Under the pieces are notes generated by a model. That model ran no database searches and was not told the origin of the DNA. It was given only the letters and a program-made list of their open reading frames with translations. From Candidatus Gastranaerophilales bacterium (GTDB taxonomy: Bacteria > Cyanobacteriota > Vampirovibrionia > Gastranaerophilales > Gastranaerophilaceae), in assembly GCA_944326645.1 (NCBI GenBank), contig CALVEW010000001.1, positions 1 through 38,680 on the forward strand: a stretch of 38,680 nucleotides of DNA, read 5' to 3'. The translations under genes and the position numbers were made by a program. Of this stretch, positions 25,552 through 35,198 are shown in pieces (position 1 is the stretch's first letter; the number at the start of each line of letters is the position of its first letter).

Positions 25552-25641
25552 TCCCGTGACTATTTTAAAGATTTAATTAGAAATAATAAAAATATAACAA
25601 ACTTATCAAAATGAGATTTTTATAATTTAGTTATAAAATCC

Positions 25642-26526
25642 TTATTTTACACTTACTAAATCATGCATTATGATGTTTCTGATGTAACTGTAATAAGGAT
25701 TATTTCCATATTTTTCAATTCTGTTTAATAAATCAGGTGCAGAAATAAAACCTTGATTATATGCAATTTCTTCTAAACAAGAAATTTTTGCACCGGTATT
25801 CAATTCCATAGATTTAACAAAATTGCTTGCCTGCAACATTGAATCATGAGTTCCTGTATCTAACCAAGCAAAACCTCGTCCTAGAATTTCTACATTTAAC
25901 ATTCCACGTTCTAAGTACATTTTGTTCAAATCTGTAATTTCTAATTCGCCTCTATCTGATGGCATTAATTGTTTTGCAAAATCACATACGTTAGAATCAT
26001 AGAAATATAAGCCTGTTACTGCATAACTTGATTTTGGATTTTTTGGTTTTTCTTCTAATGATATGGCTTTTTTATTTTTATCAAATTCTATTACACCAAA
26101 TCTTTCAGGGTCTTTAACCAAATAACCGAATACAGTTGCACCGTGATTTGATGTAATCGCTTCCTTCATCATTGTTGAGAAACCGTGACCGTGGAATATG
26201 TTATCACCAAGTATCAACGCAACATCTTCTCCGTTTATAAAATCTTCTGCAATAATAAAGGCATCTGCGATACCATTTTGAATATATTGAATCTTATATG
26301 ATAACTTGATACCAAATTGTGAACCATCACCTAAAACTTTTATAAAATTATCATAGTCAGTTTCATTTGTAATAATTAAAATGTCCTTTATCCCTGCTAA
26401 CATTAGAGTAGACAATGGATAATAAATCATTGGTTTATCATATATTGGTAACAAAATTTTTGAAATCGGTTGAGATGCAGGGTATAATCTTGTTCCTGCT
26501 CCTGCTGCTAAAATGATACCTTTCAT
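25642..26526 (-). CDS. rfbA: Glucose-1-phosphate thymidylyltransferase
   Basis: The N-terminus MKGIILAAGAGTRLYPASQPISKILLPIYDKPMIYYPLSTLMLAGI is near-canonical RmlA. 294 aa. Confidence 0.95.
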   Translation of the reverse strand: MKGIILAAGAGTRLYPASQPISKILLPIYDKPMIYYPLSTLMLAGIKDILIITNETDYDNFIKVLGDGSQFGIKLSYKIQYIQNGIADAFIIAEDFINGEDVALILGDNIFHGHGFSTMMKEAITSNHGATVFGYLVKDPERFGVIEFDKNKKAISLEEKPKNPKSSYAVTGLYFYDSNVCDFAKQLMPSDRGELEITDLNKMYLERGMLNVEILGRGFAWLDTGTHDSMLQASNFVKSMELNTGAKISCLEEIAYNQGFISAPDLLNRIEKYGNNPYYSYIRNIIMHDLVSVK

Positions 26527-26628
26527 TAAATAACTCCTTAATATAAATTGATAAACAATATTATAACATTAATTATACTATCCTGTAAATTGTTTAAGAA
26601 ATTTATTCATTGTATAATAAATAATGCA

Positions 26629-27189
26629 ATGAAAAATATTTACACAAAGATACACGATTTTTGGTTCCAAATTCCTGAAAAAATTAGATTTGTTTTTATT
26701 GGAGGATTTAATTCTCTTGTATCATTTGTGATGTTTGTTTTTCTTATTCACTTTTTTGCTCAATTTTTTGTAGATGATACAACAAGATTATATAATTATA
26801 TTAGAATACACCATATCCCTGTATTAGAACATATTTCTTTTATACAATTTATTAGACAGTTTTCTCTTGCTCTAGCTTGGTTGTTATCTTCTTTTGTATC
26901 CTTTACTACACAAAGATTGTTAGTTTTTAGAGCTAAAGGACAAGCATCTATTCTAAAACAATACATAAAATGTTTATATACTTGGTTTATCGGATATTTA
27001 ATTAATGCTATTACTTTAGAAATTTTTGCTTATATTTTTGAAAAAATAGATTTGTTCCCTACTGTGATAGAAACAGACATAGCACAAGCATTTGCACTTG
27101 TATTTTCTGCAATTTCCACATATGTTTTATTCAAATATTTTGCATTTAAGAAGAAAAAACAACATAATTCTAATAATGAAATTATTTAA
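26629..27189 (+). CDS. GtrA-like membrane protein
   Basis: Four predicted TM helices and a GtrA-type N-terminus (RFVFIGGFNSLVSF). Start moved to ATG 26629, because the track TTG at 26548 is only 22 nt from the rfbA start. The start is uncertain. Confidence 0.65.
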   Translation: MKNIYTKIHDFWFQIPEKIRFVFIGGFNSLVSFVMFVFLIHFFAQFFVDDTTRLYNYIRIHHIPVLEHISFIQFIRQFSLALAWLLSSFVSFTTQRLLVFRAKGQASILKQYIKCLYTWFIGYLINAITLEIFAYIFEKIDLFPTVIETDIAQAFALVFSAISTYVLFKYFAFKKKKQHNSNNEII

Positions 27190-27241
27190 ATTTTGTTTAC
27201 AATTTGAAATCAAGAAAATGCTTTGTTACAATTAATTTATT

Positions 27242-28504
27242 ATGATGAAATTATCTAGCGAAGAAGTTTTGAGAGTTATACCGTCGTTTTTTGAAACAAA
27301 TCTAAATTCGGATGTTTCAGCTAATACTGTGTTTGAACGTCTTAATAAAATATTTGATTTTGAACAAGCATATATCTATTATCTCAATCCGGCAGGTGCG
27401 CAGTTAAAATTTTCAGCTAATAATGATAACGAATTTATTATTGATAAAATTTTTGAATTAACTCCTAAAGTAATAGAAAAAATGTATAATAATGAAGGAT
27501 ATTTATTAGATGAAAAATCAGAAATAATAAAAGCTTTGAATATTCTTAATTGTAAATCTTTTATGTTGCAAAAATTAGGAATTGGTTCAACAGTTTTTGG
27601 TTTTATTATCCTTGCTAAAAAAGAAAATAAATTCTATAACGAAATTGATTTGAATGTTCTTAAATCTTGTACATTAATTATGTCGTATCTTATCAAAGAT
27701 TTAGAGCTTTCTAATGTGTTTAAAATTCAACTTAAAGCATTAAAAGACGGTATCGTTGAAAAAAATGAAGCTTTAAAAGTTATAAAAGAACAAAATGAAA
27801 AAATATTAGAAGCAGATAAAGCTAAAAATGAATTTTTGGCAAATGTATCTCATGAATTAAGAACTCCATTAAATGCAATTTTAGGCTTTTCTGAAATTTT
27901 ATCAACAAATCTTTATGGTGTTCTTAATCCTAAACAAGCTGAATATATCCAAGATATTAGAGTTTCAGGAATACACCTTTTAAGTATGATTAATGAAATT
28001 CTTGATATATCTAAAATTGAAGCAAAAGCTGTTAAATTAGTACGTTCTACATTCTATATTTCAAGAGCATTAGACGAAGTTGTTAACATTTTAGAGCCTT
28101 TGGCTATTAAGAAATCAATTAAATTAAACAAAATACTTGATACAGATTTTGAAGTTTATGCAGATTATCAAAAAATTCAACAAATACTTTATAATCTTGT
28201 TAATAACGCAATTAAATTTAGTCCTGAAAATGGACAAGTTGATATTGAAGGAACAGTAGAAGATAAGGCTTTTTCTATAAAAGTTCATGATAATGGAATT
28301 GGTATTGATAAAAAATACCACGGGAAAATTTTTGCCAAATTTGTTCAACTAGATAGTGCATATACAAAAAAAGAAAGCTCTACAGGACTTGGGCTTACTA
28401 TTACAAAAGAATTAGTTGAACTTCACGGGGGAAAAATTTCATTAAAAAGTGAAGTAAATAATGGTTCAACATTTATAGTTAATATCCCTCTAATTAGAGA
28501 ATAA
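27242..28504 (+). CDS. Sensor histidine kinase (cytoplasmic GAF-like N-domain, HisKA, HATPase_c)
   Basis: H-box FLANVSHELRTPLNAI, N-box LVNNAIKFS, and G-boxes DNGIGI and GLGLTI. No adjacent response regulator. Confidence 0.9.
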   Translation: MMKLSSEEVLRVIPSFFETNLNSDVSANTVFERLNKIFDFEQAYIYYLNPAGAQLKFSANNDNEFIIDKIFELTPKVIEKMYNNEGYLLDEKSEIIKALNILNCKSFMLQKLGIGSTVFGFIILAKKENKFYNEIDLNVLKSCTLIMSYLIKDLELSNVFKIQLKALKDGIVEKNEALKVIKEQNEKILEADKAKNEFLANVSHELRTPLNAILGFSEILSTNLYGVLNPKQAEYIQDIRVSGIHLLSMINEILDISKIEAKAVKLVRSTFYISRALDEVVNILEPLAIKKSIKLNKILDTDFEVYADYQKIQQILYNLVNNAIKFSPENGQVDIEGTVEDKAFSIKVHDNGIGIDKKYHGKIFAKFVQLDSAYTKKESSTGLGLTITKELVELHGGKISLKSEVNNGSTFIVNIPLIRE

Positions 28505-28520
28505 TTAATAATAAATATTC

Positions 28521-29762
28521 TTATATATTTATTGTTGCGCAAATATCTTTTCTATAATTTTTGCCTTCAAAATTTATAAATTCTAATTCTTCGTACAAAC
28601 CAAGTTTAGCTCTTGATAAAGTTTTAGCAGATTTTGTGACAACTAAAACTCTATCACCTTGAGTTTCATATTCCAAATACTCATTACGTTTTGTATTTAA
28701 ATGAGCAACAATAGTATCATCTTGTAATTCATCCAATCCTTCTATTACTGAATTTTTATATTTACCACAAGATAAAACTCCTGATACTGCAAATTCATCT
28801 TTTAACGGAATACAATCATAGTCATCTGAGAAAGATCCTATAGAGCAAGCTTCCATTAATTTATAAATATCATGATCAATTAATGATAATATACATTGAG
28901 CATCATGATTTCTTAAAAAAGTATTGCATTCAATAATAGATATTGTATCTTCTTTTGTAAGTATTCCATCAATACCTATAATTCCTAAATAAGGAGTTCC
29001 TTGTTGTTCTAAATAATCAACTAAAGGATATGCAATTTCAGAAACTAAATAAGCAATATGGTCATCAGTTAATTTTAAACAAGGTGAATAAGCGCCCATA
29101 CCGGAAGTTAAAACTCCTCCATCACCTTCTAATGCATATTTATAATCTACAATTGAACCAATTGGAAGTACTTTATAACCATCTGTCATTACGTATAAAG
29201 TAAAATTAGTTCCATAAATATATTCTTCAATTATAACTTTTTCTTCACCTGAAAAGAAACAATCTTCAATAAAAGCTTTTGCTATTGTTTCAGTAGGGCA
29301 AATCATTACTGAATTTGAAGGTTTATGTTTATCTGTTTTTACAACAATCGGCATTTGACAATTTTTTAGATAATCAAAAGCTAATTGTTTTTTCTCAAAA
29401 ATACCAAATCTTGGAGTTGGTATTTTTAGTTTATACATTAATTTTTTACCAATAGATTTGTTTGTTGCAAAACTTGCAGCAGATGCAGATGGTGCAAAAA
29501 TTCTTAAATTATTAATCTCAAAAAGTCTTGCAATATCAGCTTCTATTGCTATTTCTGAAGAACAAATCGTAAATGAAATATCATTTTCTAATGCAAAATC
29601 TACCAATTCTGCAACACTATTTTCTCTTATGTCTACAACTGTTGCAAACTCTGATATTGCATCATTACCTGGGGCAACAAATACATTGAAACTTTCTGAT
29701 AAAATTTTTGCTAATGAATATTCCTTTGCAGAATTTCCGATAATTAATATATTTTTTTCCAT
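28521..29762 (-). CDS. Phosphoribosylamine--glycine ligase (PurD)-like ATP-grasp protein, divergent
   Basis: Length and order are PurD-like (VAPGN, GMGAYSP, GDRVLVV conserved), but several canonical PurD motifs are replaced (see finding). Confidence 0.7.
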   Translation of the reverse strand: MEKNILIIGNSAKEYSLAKILSESFNVFVAPGNDAISEFATVVDIRENSVAELVDFALENDISFTICSSEIAIEADIARLFEINNLRIFAPSASAASFATNKSIGKKLMYKLKIPTPRFGIFEKKQLAFDYLKNCQMPIVVKTDKHKPSNSVMICPTETIAKAFIEDCFFSGEEKVIIEEYIYGTNFTLYVMTDGYKVLPIGSIVDYKYALEGDGGVLTSGMGAYSPCLKLTDDHIAYLVSEIAYPLVDYLEQQGTPYLGIIGIDGILTKEDTISIIECNTFLRNHDAQCILSLIDHDIYKLMEACSIGSFSDDYDCIPLKDEFAVSGVLSCGKYKNSVIEGLDELQDDTIVAHLNTKRNEYLEYETQGDRVLVVTKSAKTLSRAKLGLYEELEFINFEGKNYRKDICATINI

Positions 29763-29820
29763 AACCCAATATTAGCATAAAACTTACCCACCGTAAACAG
29801 GAGTTGAGTTTATTTTTTCA

Positions 29821-29829
29821 TGTTATAAT
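29821..29829 (+). promoter_or_regulatory. Extended -10 promoter TGtTATAAT of the alcohol dehydrogenase gene
   Basis: Perfect TGnTATAAT about 30 nt upstream of ATG 29860. SD AAAGGAGAA. Confidence 0.45.
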
Positions 29830-29859
29830 CTCAATGACACTAAAAGAAAGGAGAACTTT

Positions 29860-31059
29860 ATGTGGGAAAAAGACGTAGATATTAATCAAGTTCGTGAAAT
29901 TAGAACAAGAACTCTTGTTTACTTCGGATGTGGTGCAATAGAAAAAATAGAAGATATTGCTAAAGATTTAAAATCTAAAGGTGTAGACAAGCTCGTTGTT
30001 ATGTCAGGACGTAACGCATATAAATCTACAGGTGCTTGGGATTATGTAGAAAAAGCTCTTAAAAATAATGGCATTGGATATATTAATTATGATAAGGTAA
30101 CACCAAATCCTACAACAGAAGCAATTGATGAAGCTGCTCAAATGGCAAAAGAATTTGGTGCTAAAGCAGTTATAACAATTGGTGGAGGTTCTCCAACCGA
30201 TGCGGGTAAATCTGTTGCTATTTTACTTAAATATCAAGATAAAACAGCTGCTGATATTTATGAATTCACATTTACACCGGAAGAAGCTGCACCTATCGTT
30301 GCTATAAATCTTACACACGGTACAGGTTCTGAAACTAACAGATTTGCTGTTGCTACAATTTTAGAAAAAAATTATAAACCAGCAATTGCTTATGATTGTA
30401 TTTATCCAACATATGCAATTGATGATCCTAAACTAATGGTTAAATTGTCTCCAAAACAAACAAGATATGTTTCAATTGATGCTGTTAACCATGTTGTAGA
30501 AGCTGCTACATCTAAAGTTGCTTCTCCTTATTCTATTTCTTTAGCTAGAGAAGTTATTGAATTGGTTGGTAAATATTTACCTAAAGCAATTGCGAATGCT
30601 GAAGATTTAGAAGCAAGATATTTCTTATGTTATGCAGCAATGATGGCAGGAGTTGCGTTTGATAATGGTTTATTACACTATACTCACGCGCTTGAACATC
30701 CGTTAAGTGCTCTTAAACCTGATTTCTCTCACGGTTTAGGATTAGCTATTTTACTACCTGCAGTTATTAGAAATATTTATGCAGCTAAAGCTGATACTTT
30801 AGCTTACATCTTAGAACCTATTGTTCCTGGATTGAAGGCTGATGCTGCTGATACTGAAAAAGCTGCAACAGGAGTTTATGAATGGTTAAAATCAGTTGAT
30901 GTTCCAAACAAACTTAAAGATGAAGGTTTTTCTGAAGCTGATGTTGAAACATTAACTAATTTAGCATTCACTACACCTTCTCTTGATGGTTTACTTTCTA
31001 TAGCTCCAACTAATGCTGATAAAAAAGCGGTTGAAACTATTTATCGTGAATCTTTATAA
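29860..31059 (+). CDS. Iron-containing (group III) alcohol dehydrogenase
   Basis: 399 aa. GGGSPTDAGK motif and metal-binding His cluster HALEHPLS...HG. Confidence 0.9.
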   Translation: MWEKDVDINQVREIRTRTLVYFGCGAIEKIEDIAKDLKSKGVDKLVVMSGRNAYKSTGAWDYVEKALKNNGIGYINYDKVTPNPTTEAIDEAAQMAKEFGAKAVITIGGGSPTDAGKSVAILLKYQDKTAADIYEFTFTPEEAAPIVAINLTHGTGSETNRFAVATILEKNYKPAIAYDCIYPTYAIDDPKLMVKLSPKQTRYVSIDAVNHVVEAATSKVASPYSISLAREVIELVGKYLPKAIANAEDLEARYFLCYAAMMAGVAFDNGLLHYTHALEHPLSALKPDFSHGLGLAILLPAVIRNIYAAKADTLAYILEPIVPGLKADAADTEKAATGVYEWLKSVDVPNKLKDEGFSEADVETLTNLAFTTPSLDGLLSIAPTNADKKAVETIYRESL

Positions 31060-32432
31060 GAGTTTATGCTGGAACCAATATTTAATATTTGGTGAGCAAA
31101 AAATTCAATATATGATTGACAGTCCAAATTTAATTTGGACTGTTTTATTTTAGTATTAGCATCAAATAATTTTTCATTATAAACACATAGTTTTTTAGAC
31201 GGAATTTTATAAACATATATTTCAGCAGATATTTGTGGGATATCAGCTTGTTTATATTTTCTTAAATTTTTAGGAATAATTCTGATATCATTTATTGAAT
31301 CATCAGGTAATAATCTATTTGTTGGTTCAATAAGTGTTTTAGTGTACGTTTCAATTGTGTGGTTTCCTAGTTTATATACAATATCCATTTTCATATTTTT
31401 TATAGACATCTTGGAAATATTTTGAATATTGAATTTCAAAATTATTTTGTGTTTATTTCCAATTTTATATAAAGTTTTATCTGTAACTTTAAAATCTATA
31501 TCTTGTTTAGAGATGATATTTATATAAACATAATCTAATAACGCTTTAGCTCTAAAATCATATAATTTCGCTTTATTATAATTACCTTGGTTTTCGCATA
31601 GATTTACAAGTTTTATTAAAGAATTATAATATGCAGTATAATCAACTTGCGTAGGATATTCTTTAAATAATTTGTCAAAATATTTACAAGATAATTCAGG
31701 ATCAGTATTAGCTGTCATTAATGCTAATTTGTATCTGACAATAAAATCTTTTGGTGTAACTTTTTCTGCAATTTTTAAAAATTGTACGGCTTCTTCTGCT
31801 TTATTAGAATTTACAGCAATATCTGCTAAAATTACAGCAGTTTCCGATAATTTTTTATTTAATGAATATAAATATTTTAATGATGGTTTAGATAATTTTA
31901 CCCAATAATAGCGAGATTTTTCATATTCTTTAAGTGCAAAATAATACTTTTGATTATTATAATAAGCATCACCTTTTTTTCTATATAAAAAGGATTGGTA
32001 TTTTATTAATGCACTATTAGCTATTTGAGGGAATTCATCGATAATTTGTTGAGCTTCTTCAAATCTTAAACGTTCAATATAGAAAGAAGCTAATTCATAT
32101 AAAGGTCTATATATATTAAGAGGAGCTTTCGCAACAGCTTTTTTGTAATAATATTCAGCTTTATCATATTCTTTGATAACATTATATAAATATCCTAAAT
32201 GCATATCTATACGATAATCATCAGGATAATTCATTTCTAGATTTATATTTTGTTCAATTACTGTATTTTTAATATATTCATTTAAAACTTTTTCATTATA
32301 TTTTGATGATGAATTATTTATTACATCATATTGAGCATAATAAATTAAACATCCTGAAAAAATTCCGGCTGCTAATAACGTCCATAAAATTGTACTCAAA
32401 TATGAGAAAATATCAATTTTGTATTTATTCAT
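31041..32432 (-). CDS. TPR-repeat membrane-anchored protein
   Basis: N-terminal TM helix (ILWTLLAAGIFSGCLIYYA), several TPR-like Y/A-rich repeats, and a beta-rich C-domain. Confidence 0.75.
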   Translation of the reverse strand: MNKYKIDIFSYLSTILWTLLAAGIFSGCLIYYAQYDVINNSSSKYNEKVLNEYIKNTVIEQNINLEMNYPDDYRIDMHLGYLYNVIKEYDKAEYYYKKAVAKAPLNIYRPLYELASFYIERLRFEEAQQIIDEFPQIANSALIKYQSFLYRKKGDAYYNNQKYYFALKEYEKSRYYWVKLSKPSLKYLYSLNKKLSETAVILADIAVNSNKAEEAVQFLKIAEKVTPKDFIVRYKLALMTANTDPELSCKYFDKLFKEYPTQVDYTAYYNSLIKLVNLCENQGNYNKAKLYDFRAKALLDYVYINIISKQDIDFKVTDKTLYKIGNKHKIILKFNIQNISKMSIKNMKMDIVYKLGNHTIETYTKTLIEPTNRLLPDDSINDIRIIPKNLRKYKQADIPQISAEIYVYKIPSKKLCVYNEKLFDANTKIKQSKLNLDCQSYIEFFAHQILNIGSSINSYKDSR

Positions 32433-33147
32433 TTACACCTTGTATTGATATAGAATCTACACCTGCAAGTTTTTCTATCTTTTTATATAATGATTGAACC
32501 GGCTTTTTAGATACAATTTCAACGGTCATACTAACTTTTATTTTGTCAGGGTTTTCAAAAAGTTTTTGGATTTTTAGAGCATCAACCTTTTTAAAGTTTT
32601 CAGTCATAAAATCTTTTATGTTATCAACTTCTTCTTGTTGACAGAATAATGTAACTTTCATTCTTCTTATATTTTTTGAAGAATTGCTTAAAACTTTTCT
32701 TTCAAAGACTCTAATAAGTGTTAATACAAGTACAGATGCGAAAGTAGAAATAGTAGCAATACCATACATTCCGCTACCACAAGCCATACCAATACTTGCA
32801 GCCATCCATAAAGTTGCAGCTGTTGTTAAACCAAATACGGTAGGTCCATTTCTTAATACTGTTCCTGCACCGATAAAACCTATACCTGTTACTATCTGAG
32901 CAGCAACACGAGCTGTATCTCTTATCCCATTTGGATGATATTCTGGAATGTCACCAGAGAACATTGGAAATCCGTATATTGATATTAAAGTAAATACACA
33001 AGCTCCTAAACATACTAATATATGTGTTCTTAATCCTGCATATTTATTTGTTATTTCTCTTTCAAATCCTAATATAAATCCTAAAGCTATTGCTGATAGA
33101 ATTCTTATACTAAATTCTATATCCATAGGTCCAATTATGTTTTCCAT
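32425..33147 (-). CDS. mgtC: MgtC/SapB family membrane protein
   Basis: ALGFILGFEREITNKYAGLRTHILVCLGA motif, four to five TM helices, and a soluble C-terminal domain. Confidence 0.88.
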   Translation of the reverse strand: MENIIGPMDIEFSIRILSAIALGFILGFEREITNKYAGLRTHILVCLGACVFTLISIYGFPMFSGDIPEYHPNGIRDTARVAAQIVTGIGFIGAGTVLRNGPTVFGLTTAATLWMAASIGMACGSGMYGIATISTFASVLVLTLIRVFERKVLSNSSKNIRRMKVTLFCQQEEVDNIKDFMTENFKKVDALKIQKLFENPDKIKVSMTVEIVSKKPVQSLYKKIEKLAGVDSISIQGVNE

Positions 33148-33168
33148 GCTATTCTCCGAATCTGTCTT

Positions 33169-34227
33169 TTACTCTCTTATTTTTCCTTTTGGATCTAATA
33201 TATCTCTTATTGTATCACCTATTAGGTTAAATGATAATACTGCAACAAAAATTAAAAATCCCGGTGTCAAAAGCCAAGGTCTATATAATATATTAATGTA
33301 TTCTTGAGCTTCTTTCAACATGTTACCCCAACTTGCATCAGGTTGTTGTATACCTAAACCTAAGAAACTTAAACCTGATTCTGCCAATATATATGATGGG
33401 ACTGACAAGGTCATCGCAATTATTACATAGCTTGTTGTTTGAGGAAGAATATGTTTTAAGATTATTCTTAAATTCGATGCACCAATTGTTTTTGCAGCTG
33501 ACACGAATTCTTCGTTTTTAATAGATAAAACCATACCTCTTACAACTCTTGCAAAACCTGACCAACCAATCAATGCTAGAATCACAACTATTAATGTGAA
33601 TCGTTGTGTGCTTGTCATATTAGATGGTAATATTGCAGCAAGTATTATTAACAAGTAAAAACTTGGAATTGCCATAACCGCTTCTGCAAAACGCATCATT
33701 ATATTATCTACCCAACCGCCAAAATAGCCTGATATACCACCATAAATTAAACCTATCGGGAATAATATAAATAATGACAAAAATCCAATTGTCAAAGATA
33801 TTCTGCCACCAAATAATAATCTTGAAAAAACATCACGACCATTAATATCAGTACCAAGTAAATATAATCTTCCTGTTTTTTCAACTCCAAATAAATGAAT
33901 ATTAGTTTTTATCAAACCTAAAAACTTATATTCTTCACCTCGATTAAATGGTTTTATATAATACTTATGAGATTTATCTAAAGTATAAACAGCCTGATAT
34001 AATTCTGGTACAAACTCTCGTTTATAATTATAAGTATATGGTCTTGAGAATTTCCCGTTTTCATCTATTACAAAGATTTTAGATGGTGGAGCATAAGATT
34101 GGTTTCTATCAGAAAAATCTTTTGAATAAGGCGCAATAAAATCAGCAAATAATATCATAAGATACATCACAACCAAAATTATAAATGCAATACTTGCATA
34201 TTTATCCTTCATAATTTCTTTAATCAT
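33169..34227 (-). CDS. ABC peptide/nickel-type transporter permease (OppC/DppC-like)
   Basis: BPD-transporter inner-membrane component with the EAA-like region SAAKTIGASNLRIILKHILP. Confidence 0.9.
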   Translation of the reverse strand: MIKEIMKDKYASIAFIILVVMYLMILFADFIAPYSKDFSDRNQSYAPPSKIFVIDENGKFSRPYTYNYKREFVPELYQAVYTLDKSHKYYIKPFNRGEEYKFLGLIKTNIHLFGVEKTGRLYLLGTDINGRDVFSRLLFGGRISLTIGFLSLFILFPIGLIYGGISGYFGGWVDNIMMRFAEAVMAIPSFYLLIILAAILPSNMTSTQRFTLIVVILALIGWSGFARVVRGMVLSIKNEEFVSAAKTIGASNLRIILKHILPQTTSYVIIAMTLSVPSYILAESGLSFLGLGIQQPDASWGNMLKEAQEYINILYRPWLLTPGFLIFVAVLSFNLIGDTIRDILDPKGKIRE

Positions 34228-35198
34228 TTACCCACCCCCCTTATTCTAGGATCGGTAATAATTAATAAAATATCAGCAAGTAAATTACCTAATACCAGCA
34301 TTATTGAACCCATCATCAATGATGCCATTACCAAATTTATATCTGATTTCATAACAGCTTCCAATATCAAACGTCCCAACCCTGGATATTGGAATACATA
34401 CTCAGTTAATGCAGCACCACTCAATAATCCTGCAAATTCAAAACCTAACAATGTAATTAGAGGGTTTAAGGCATTTCTAAGTGCATGTTTAAATATAACC
34501 TGCCATTCTGATAAGCCTTTTGCTCTTGCAAATTTAATATATTCAGAATCCATTACATCTAACATATTTGCTCGCATTTGACGCTGTAAGCCGGATAAAG
34601 ATATTGTGAATAAAACAGTTACAGGTAATACTAAATGTTTTGCTAAATCTAATATTTTCCCCCCTAATGACATCTCATCAAAATCAAAACTTGTTAATCC
34701 TCCAACAGGGAATAATGAAGTTTTGACTGCAAAAATCAATAATAATATTGCAAAGAAAAATGATGGAATCGCCATTCCAATACTTGATAAAACAGTTAAT
34801 AACCTATCAAATTGACTTTTATGAAAAACTGCACCTAAAATCCCTAAAGGGACGCCAACCAACCAAGTCATAAATATTACAATACTTGTAAGAAGTAATG
34901 TATTAGGTATTCTTTCTTTTAATTTATCAGCAACTCTTTCGCCTGATGATGTTACACCTAAATCACCTCTTACAAAAGATGATGCCCATTTTCCATATTG
35001 TACCGGTATTGGCTTATCTAATCCCAATCTTTGAGTTTCTTTTTGTAGTGTTTCTTGAGATATTGAAGGATTTAACCTTAATTCTGCCAACGGATCTATT
35101 GGACTTAATCTTATTATGAAAAAGCTGATTATTGATACAATGAACAATAACGGTAATGTTTGAATTATTCGTTTTAATATGTATTTTATAATATTCAT
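34224..35198 (-). CDS. ABC peptide/nickel-type transporter permease (OppB/DppB-like)
   Basis: N-terminus YILKRIIQTLPLLFIVSIISFFIIRL and EAA region YIKFARAKGLSEWQVIFKHALRNAL. Confidence 0.9.
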   Translation of the reverse strand: MNIIKYILKRIIQTLPLLFIVSIISFFIIRLSPIDPLAELRLNPSISQETLQKETQRLGLDKPIPVQYGKWASSFVRGDLGVTSSGERVADKLKERIPNTLLLTSIVIFMTWLVGVPLGILGAVFHKSQFDRLLTVLSSIGMAIPSFFFAILLLIFAVKTSLFPVGGLTSFDFDEMSLGGKILDLAKHLVLPVTVLFTISLSGLQRQMRANMLDVMDSEYIKFARAKGLSEWQVIFKHALRNALNPLITLLGFEFAGLLSGAALTEYVFQYPGLGRLILEAVMKSDINLVMASLMMGSIMLVLGNLLADILLIITDPRIRGVGK

